From Elusimicrobiota bacterium (GTDB lineage Bacteria; Elusimicrobiota; Elusimicrobia; UBA1565), in the NCBI GenBank assembly GCA_043819795.1, contig JBDREN010000177.1, positions 1 through 12,549 on the forward strand: a DNA stretch of 12,549 nt, read 5' to 3'. Under the pieces are notes generated by a model. The model saw only the letters and a program-made list of their open reading frames with translations, made no database searches and was not told where the DNA came from. Within the stretch, counting starts at the first letter, position 1; every line of letters begins with the position of its first letter. A program made the position numbers and the translations under genes. Positions 7,530 to 12,549 of this stretch are shown here, piece by piece.

Positions 7530-8338
7530 TGCTCCTTCCGCGCGTGCTCACGATCGCGCTCGGGATCCCCCTGGCCCTGTATGTCATCGGGATGGGCGGG
7601 GCGCCGTACCTGGTCCTGGTGATCGGCCTCACGGCCCTGGCCCTGCACGAGTACGCCCTCGTGCTCTGGATCGGAGGCCGCGGCATCCAGCGGGTGTGGA
7701 CGGTCGCGGGCGGAGTGCTCGTCGCGCTGAGCGTCGCCCTGAGCGCACGGCCCTTCCCCGGCGAGGGTTTCGTCCCCCTCGCGATCACGACCGTCGTCCT
7801 GGGGGCGCTGCTCCGCGAGCTCTTCCGCCGGGAGCACTCCCTCGACCGCGCGGCCCTGACCGTCTTCGGGGCCTTGGCCATCGGCTGGACCCTCGGCCAC
7901 CTCGCGCTCCTGCGCGAGCTCCACCCCAACGGCAAGGCCTTCACCCTGCTCCTCTTCGCGGCGGTCTGGGCGACCGACACCTTCGCCTACTGCGTGGGCA
8001 TGGCGCTCGGCCGTCACAAGCTGGCGCCGACCGTCAGCCCCAAGAAGACCTGGGAAGGCGCCGCGGCCGGCGTGGCGGGAGCGCTGGCGGCGGTCTGGCT
8101 CGCCCGCAGCTGGTTCCTCTCGGAGACCCTCGGGCCCGCGACGGCCCTGGGGCTGGGGCTGTTGATCGGGGTGGGCGGCCAGGTCTCGGACCTGAGCCAG
8201 TCGCTCGTCAAGCGCGCCTCCGGCGCCAAGGACTCGGCGGCCCTGCTGCCCGGCCACGGCGGCGTATTCGACAGGATGGACTCGTTCTTGATCCTCGCGC
8301 CCCTTTTCTATTACGTCGTGCTCGTTTGCGGGGTCTGA
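7529..8338 (+). CDS. cdsA: Phosphatidate cytidylyltransferase
   Basis: WATDTFAY, SPKKTWEG and KDSAALLPGHGGVFDRMDS motifs; hydrophobic; TGATG overlap with the uppS stop. Confidence 0.97.
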   Translation: MLLPRVLTIALGIPLALYVIGMGGAPYLVLVIGLTALALHEYALVLWIGGRGIQRVWTVAGGVLVALSVALSARPFPGEGFVPLAITTVVLGALLRELFRREHSLDRAALTVFGALAIGWTLGHLALLRELHPNGKAFTLLLFAAVWATDTFAYCVGMALGRHKLAPTVSPKKTWEGAAAGVAGALAAVWLARSWFLSETLGPATALGLGLLIGVGGQVSDLSQSLVKRASGAKDSAALLPGHGGVFDRMDSFLILAPLFYYVVLVCGV

Positions 8339-8376
8339 GACCTTAAATGGACCGATCCCGCGGATAAAGGATTTTT

Positions 8377-9570
8377 ATGGCCAAGAACATCGTCGTCCTC
8401 GGCTCCACCGGCTCGATCGGGGTCAACGCCCTGCGGGTCGCCGCGGAGGCGCCCGACGACTTCAACGTCGTCGGCCTGGCGGCCCGCTCGAACGTGACGG
8501 AGCTGCTCAAGCAGGTCCGCCGATTCTCCCCCTCGATGGTCGCCGTCTTCGACCCGGACGCCGCCGAGGCCGCCCGGGGCCGGCTCAAGGGCCCGCGCCT
8601 TCTGGAGCCCGGCGTCGAGGGGCTCTGCGAGCTCGTCTCGGCCCGGGACGTGGACCTCGTGGTCGCGTCCCTCGCGGGCGGGGTCGGCTTCGCTCCGCTT
8701 CTGGCCGCGCTCAAGGCGGGCAAGACCGTGGCCCTCGCCAACAAGGAGCCGATGGTCATGGCCGGCGAGCAGTTCATGCTCGAGGCCGACCGCTGGGGCG
8801 GCCGGATACTGCCCGTGGACTCGGAGCCGTCGGCCATCTTCCAGTGCTTCGGCTCGCGCGAGCTGCCCAAGGGCGGCCTGCGCGGCTACGGAAGGCTCGC
8901 CCGGCGCGTTCTCCTGACGGCCTCGGGCGGGGCCTTCTACAAGCGGGAGGGCGATCTGGGCTCGGTCAGCGTCTCGGAGGCCCTGGCCCACCCGACCTGG
9001 AAGATGGGCAGGAAGATCACCATCGACAGCGCGACGCTCATGAACAAGGGCTTCGAGGCCATCGAGATCATGAACCTTTTCGGCCTCGAGCTGCGGCAGC
9101 TCGATATCGTCATCCACGCCCAGTCCGTCATCCACGGGGCCGTCGAGTTCGGCGACGGGTCGTTCCTCGCCCAGATGTCCCCGCCGGACATGAAGCTTCC
9201 GATCCAGTACGCCATGACCTGGCCTGAGCGCGGCAGAAGCGTGATCGAGCCGCTGGACCTGCTCGCGGTCGGCAAGCTCACCTTCGATAAGCCCGACCTC
9301 CGGCGCTTCCGCTGCCTCACGCTGGCCATCGAGGCCGCGCGCACCGGGGGCAGCATGCCGGCCGTGCTGAGCGCCGCCGACGAGGTAGCCGTGGAGGCTT
9401 TTCTTGACGAGAGGATCCGCTTCGTCGACATCCCGAAGGTCATCGAGACCACGATGAAGGCGCACCGGGCCCAAGGGCGGCTGCCCTCCTTCGCCGAGGT
9501 GGCGGAAGTCGATGAGTGGGCGCGCGCCAAGGCCTGGGAGATGGTCGAAGCCCTGGGGGTCAAGGCATGA
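8377..9570 (+). CDS. dxr: 1-deoxy-D-xylulose 5-phosphate reductoisomerase
   Basis: LGSTGSIG, LANKE, LPVDSE, LTASGG and HPTWKMGRKITIDSATLMNKGFE motifs. Confidence 0.99.
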   Translation: MAKNIVVLGSTGSIGVNALRVAAEAPDDFNVVGLAARSNVTELLKQVRRFSPSMVAVFDPDAAEAARGRLKGPRLLEPGVEGLCELVSARDVDLVVASLAGGVGFAPLLAALKAGKTVALANKEPMVMAGEQFMLEADRWGGRILPVDSEPSAIFQCFGSRELPKGGLRGYGRLARRVLLTASGGAFYKREGDLGSVSVSEALAHPTWKMGRKITIDSATLMNKGFEAIEIMNLFGLELRQLDIVIHAQSVIHGAVEFGDGSFLAQMSPPDMKLPIQYAMTWPERGRSVIEPLDLLAVGKLTFDKPDLRRFRCLTLAIEAARTGGSMPAVLSAADEVAVEAFLDERIRFVDIPKVIETTMKAHRAQGRLPSFAEVAEVDEWARAKAWEMVEALGVKA

Positions 9571-9715
9571 CCGAGCATAGCGCAGGAAATGGTCGCATCC
9601 GAGGCCGTTGGGGAGCGACCATGACCGAGCATAGCGCAGGAAATGGTCGCATCCAAGTCCGTTGGAGAGCGACCATGACCGAGCATATCGCGCGCAGAAT
9701 GGAGAGCGACCATGA
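9566..9715 (+). repeat. Intergenic tandem repeat (54+54+37 bp), MIRU-like, overlapping the dxr stop and the rseP start
   Basis: Units start CATGACCGAGCATA at 9566, 9620 and 9674 and end GG(G/A)GAGCGAC; a fourth CATGA at 9711 contains the rseP start. Confidence 0.95.
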
Positions 9716-10827
9716 TTCTTAGCATCCTGGCGGTCCTGCTGACCTTCGGGCTCGTCATCTTCCTGCACGAGCTGGGCCACTTCCTCGTCTGCAAGCGGCT
9801 GGGCGTGCGCGTCGAGCGATTCGCCTTCGGCTTCGGCCCCGAGCTATTGGGCATGACCCGCGACGAGACTCGGTTCTCGATCTGCGCGATCCCGCTGGGC
9901 GGCTTCGTCAAGCCGGCCGGGGAATCCCTCGAGGACGCCACCGGCCATCCCGACGAATACTTCAGCCGCTCCCCGTGGCAGCGCCTGCTCATCGTCGGGG
10001 CCGGGCCGGTCATGAACTACGTGCTCGCCTTCGTGATGTTCTTCGGCGTCGTGTTCTTCCGCGGCCTTCCCGAGGCGTCGAGCGAAGCCGTCATCGGGGA
10101 GACGGCCGCGGGCTTTCCCGCCCAGGCGGCGGGCCTGCGCCCGGGCGACCGGATCCTCAAGCTGAGCGGCATCGAGGTCACCGGATGGGACGATCTGGCG
10201 TCGTTCATCCACCGCAGCCCCGGCAAGGCGGTCGAGGTCCTCTACGCGCGCGACGGGAAGCCGGTCAGCGTGAGCGTGGTCCCGCGGCTCGACGGGGCGT
10301 CCGGCCGGGGCCTGATCGGCATCATGCCGGAGGTCCACTACAAGAACATGGGCCTGCTCGGATCCATAGCCGAAGCCGCCTACCAGTGCTGGCACTGGAC
10401 CCGCTACACGGTCGAGACTCTTATCGAGAAGATCTCCCGCCGGGAGAAGCCCGACATCGCCGGGCCGGTCGGCATCGTCCAGATGGTATCCCGCGCGGCG
10501 CACTCCAGCATCGAGGACTTTGTTTTCCTCATCGGGCTCATCTCCGTCGCGATCGGGTTCTTCAACATCCTTCCCATCCCCCTGCTGGACGGCGGCCACG
10601 CCGTGCTCTACGTATGGGAAGGCATCAGCCGCCGCAAGCTGACCGTCAAGTTCATCGCGGTCGTGAACTCGGCGGGGCTGGTCATGCTGCTGTCTCTGCT
10701 CGTGTTCGCGACCTACAACGACATCCTCCGCATCCGCGACAGCCGGCGCGCCGCGAAGGAGGCGAAAGAGCCGGCGGTGGAGACGGCGCCGGAACGGAAA
10801 GCGCCCGAGGCTTTGCCGGCGCCGTAG
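9712..10827 (+). CDS. rseP: RIP (site-2) metalloprotease RseP, M50 family with one PDZ domain
   Basis: HELGH, FAFGFGP, IPLGGFVK, AGPVMN, PDZ (PAQAAGLRPGDRIL) and NILPIPLLDGGH motifs; synteny after dxr. Confidence 0.97.
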   Translation: MILSILAVLLTFGLVIFLHELGHFLVCKRLGVRVERFAFGFGPELLGMTRDETRFSICAIPLGGFVKPAGESLEDATGHPDEYFSRSPWQRLLIVGAGPVMNYVLAFVMFFGVVFFRGLPEASSEAVIGETAAGFPAQAAGLRPGDRILKLSGIEVTGWDDLASFIHRSPGKAVEVLYARDGKPVSVSVVPRLDGASGRGLIGIMPEVHYKNMGLLGSIAEAAYQCWHWTRYTVETLIEKISRREKPDIAGPVGIVQMVSRAAHSSIEDFVFLIGLISVAIGFFNILPIPLLDGGHAVLYVWEGISRRKLTVKFIAVVNSAGLVMLLSLLVFATYNDILRIRDSRRAAKEAKEPAVETAPERKAPEALPAP

Positions 10828-10891
10828 TCCCCGCAGGGCCGGGTCGTCAACGGATTCCGCCGCTCAGCGACGCAGCCGCCTTCGGATTTTC

Positions 10892-11210
10892 GAAAGATTT
10901 CCCCTGTCGCGCGAAATCACACGACGCCTAAAAAGCAACCACCAGGCACGGATCGCCCGTTGGAAGAGACCGGGGCGTTTGCCTCCCCGCTAAGAGAGCG
11001 ACAAACCAATTCCCAGGACATGCGCGTAGTAGGTGGGGGAGCAGCTCCGACATACGTATGTTTTCTTACCCCGGAGAGAGAAAACATACAGACATACCTC
11101 CGCCTATCGCCGCTGAAGCTCTCTCTTCCGTCGCAGCTCACGCCCAATCCGGGCGTTTTCCAGCCTCTCGCCCCGGCAAGGATCCCTCCTGAGCTCCTGT
11201 AGCTCATCAC
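10892..11210. repeat. ~319-bp self-complementary element, copy 1
   Basis: Direct repeat of 11822-12139 with about 10 differences by hand count, including one 1-bp indel; central hairpin GTATGTTTTCT(11056-11066)/AGAAAACATAC(11079-11089). Confidence 0.95.
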
Positions 11211-11356
11211 CTGACTTCCGCGATGGGACACCCAGGCAAAGCCGTATTGTAAGCCCCCGTTTCCGTCGGTTGACTCTCTGAGGCTCTGCCGTTGCGGCGT
11301 CGTGTCGTAGAAGAGTCGCGTCAGCGCAGTTCGTACGCGGCCTGAGGGACAGATTC

Positions 11357-11395
11357 CCCTCTCCCCCGAAGGGGGAGAGGGTCAGGGTGAGGGGG
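11357..11395. repeat. REP-like palindrome (CCCTCTCCC...GGGAGAGGG-TCAGGGTGAGGG family)
   Basis: CCCTCTCCCCC-GAA-GGGGGAGAGGG followed by TCAGGGTGAGGGG; inverted relative to the copy at 11645. Confidence 0.85.
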
Positions 11396-11441
11396 CAACT
11401 CATGGAGGTGTCCACTCGTATACGGTAACGAGGCATCGCCC

Positions 11442-11701
11442 ATGAACCCGATAGACTTCGCTCGCGGTCTGCGCCGGACCCCCACAGACGCCGAGGCCCG
11501 CATCGAGAGCGCCAACACTACGATAAGAAACGGACCGCCTTCCTGCGCTCGAAGGGGTGGCAGGTCCTCCACTTCTAAGACAACGACGCCCTGCTGGAAA
11601 CGGATTCCGTGCTGGGGGCGATTCTAGAGGCCTTGCCCAACCGACCCTCACCCGCGCTTCGCCGCGCTCAGCGCGACCTCTCCCGCAAGCGGGAGAGGTG
11701 A
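11442..11701 (+). pseudogene. Decayed DUF559 (Vsr-like / endonuclease domain-containing) gene
   Basis: First frame MNPIDFARGLRRTPTDAEAR, then a frame change near 11500 to HRERQHYDKKRTAFLRSKGWQVLHF*DNDALLETDSVLGAILEAL. These match the DUF559 N-terminus (AR.LR...T.AE) and C-terminus (D..RT.FL...G..VLRFWN..V); the core is missing and TAA (11576-11578) replaces the conserved Trp. Confidence 0.8.
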
Positions 11702-11736
11702 TCCCCCCTCCTTCCCCACGAAGCGGGGCAGAGGGG
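11645..11736. repeat. REP-like palindromes downstream of the DUF559 remnant
   Basis: CCCTCACCC...ACCTCTCCCGC-AA-GCGGGAGAGGT (11676-11699) and a degenerate CCCCTC..CCCC..GGGG..GAGGGG (11705-11736). Confidence 0.8.
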
Positions 11737-11821
11737 ACATAAGGGTTGTTGATGGGACACCCAATCTCCAATGCCTCTCCGTCGGAGAGGCGGAGGATTC
11801 AGGAAGCCTTGCGGAAGTCAG

Positions 11822-12139
11822 GAAAGATTTCCCCTGTCGAGCGGGATCGCACGACGGCTAAAAAGTAACCACCAGGCACGGATCGCCCGTTGGAAGAGAC
11901 CGGGGCGTTTGCCTCCCCGCTAAGAGAGCGACAAACCAATTCCCAGGACATGCGCGTATAGGTGGGGAAGCAGCTCCGACATACGTATGTTTTCTTACCC
12001 CGGAGAGAGAAAACATACAGACATACCTCCGCCTATCGCCGCTGAAGCTCTCTCTTCCGTCGCAGCTCACGCCCAATCCGGGCGTTTCCCAGCCTCTCGC
12101 CCCGGCAAGGATCCCTCCTGAGCTCCTGGAGCTCATCAC
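11822..12139. repeat. ~318-bp self-complementary element, copy 2
   Basis: Direct repeat of 10892-11210, offset 930 bp; overlaps the 3' part of the RHH ORF. Confidence 0.95.
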
Positions 12140-12260
12140 AGTAAGCCTTCTCCGCGGCCGCGCGCAAAAGGTCCGCCATGCTGGAGCGCCTATGAAAGGC
12201 CAACTGCTTCAGGTCGTCATGGAGTTCCTCGGGCAGATAGATTGTCGTCCTGAGCTTCAT
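12033..12260 (-). CDS. Ribbon-helix-helix (CopG-like) DNA-binding protein / antitoxin-like; C-terminus is read from repeat copy 2, so possibly disrupted
   Basis: MKLRTTIYLPEELHDDLKQLAFHRRSSMADLLRAAAEKAY fits the RHH pattern (R-T-T-I-Y-L-P...L...A...S-M-A-x-L-L-R-x-A); the codons after about residue 40 lie inside the repeat. Confidence 0.75.
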   Translation of the reverse strand: MKLRTTIYLPEELHDDLKQLAFHRRSSMADLLRAAAEKAYCDELQELRRDPCRGERLGNARIGRELRRKRELQRR

Positions 12261-12294
12261 ACCCTTAGATACGAACGGCTACCCAGACAAGTTC

Positions 12295-12549
12295 CCCATG
12301 TCAGCAGCCCATGTCAGCAGCCCCCCCACGGGGGGCTGCTCAAGTAGGGGGGCAGACCCCTCTCCCCGACCCTCTCCCGTGGGGAGAGGGAGAAATCAGC
12401 CCCCTCAACGACGCGCACCCCTCCCCGTAGGGGAAGGGTGCGTTCAGCCCCGCGGGGGGCTGCTCAAGTAGGGGGGCAGACCCCTCTCCCCGACCCTCTC
12501 CCGTGGGGAGAGGGTGAAATCAGCCCCCTCCACATGCGCACCCCTCCCC
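12295..12549. repeat. REP/BIME-like palindromic tandem array (~124-bp period), truncated by the window end
   Basis: Units start at 12329 and 12453 (CGGGGGGCTGCTCAAGTAGGGGGGCAGACCCCTCTCCCCGACCCTCTCCCGTGGGGAGAGGG...). Also a 13-bp duplication CCCATGTCAGCAG (12295-12320) and the hairpin AGCAGCCCCCC-CAC-GGGGGGCTGCT (12316-12340). Confidence 0.9.

Larger units (their letters stand above)
11210..11822. mobile_element. 613-bp segment bounded by terminal inverted repeats (MITE-like, no transposase)
   Basis: CCTGACTTCCGCGA (11210-11223) and TTGCGGAAGTCAGG (11809-11822) match at 13/14 as an inverted repeat and sit exactly at the junctions with the two 319-bp copies. Confidence 0.55.

Noticed and set aside
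9566..9715. Possible CRISPR array
   Set aside because: Units are near-identical along their length, with no unique spacers and no cas genes.
3500..10931. Many long antisense or alternate-frame ORFs over rpsB-rseP
   Set aside because: They fully overlap recognised housekeeping genes and have no motifs, as expected at high GC3.
10892..12139. 319-bp repeats as integron attC sites or group II intron fragments
   Set aside because: Ends read TTTAGGCG/TTTAGCCG rather than GTTRRRY, there is no matching RYYYAAC partner, the length is too great, and no GUGYG start or domain V is visible.
10917..12139. ORFs inside the repeats and REP region (10917-11231, 10960-11202, 11104-11436, 11400-11771, 11858-12139)
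   Set aside because: Frames are broken by an indel between copies or are translations of palindromes; no protein-like motifs.

Overview
GC-rich bacterial chromosomal window in three parts. (1) 1-2500, minus strand: a surface-polysaccharide export cluster with a secreted beta-rich/Pro-Ala-Glu protein, an outer-membrane beta-barrel and a Wza/OPX-type lipoprotein that runs off the left edge. (2) 3488-10827, plus strand: the conserved housekeeping run rpsB-tsf-pyrH-frr-uppS-cdsA-dxr-rseP, with an S2 (t44-like) leader. (3) 10890-12549: a repeat-rich accessory tract containing two ~97% identical ~319-bp copies of a self-complementary element. They flank a 613-bp segment bounded by inverted repeats that carries a decayed DUF559 nuclease gene between REP-like palindromes; a ribbon-helix-helix gene and a REP-like tandem array follow. 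The most unexpected items, both read by hand, are (a) an unlisted 34-codon 'mini-GvpA' ORF (2878-2982, minus) with a perfect RBS, made of the N- and C-termini of the gas vesicle protein GvpA joined in frame with the core removed, and (b) a MIRU-like 54-bp tandem repeat between dxr and rseP in which each unit re-creates ATGA plus a Shine-Dalgarno, with an SD/AUG-occluding hairpin in the two full-length units. All family assignments come from motif recall, not database searches. Most other ORFs in the supplied track are GC-rich shadow frames.
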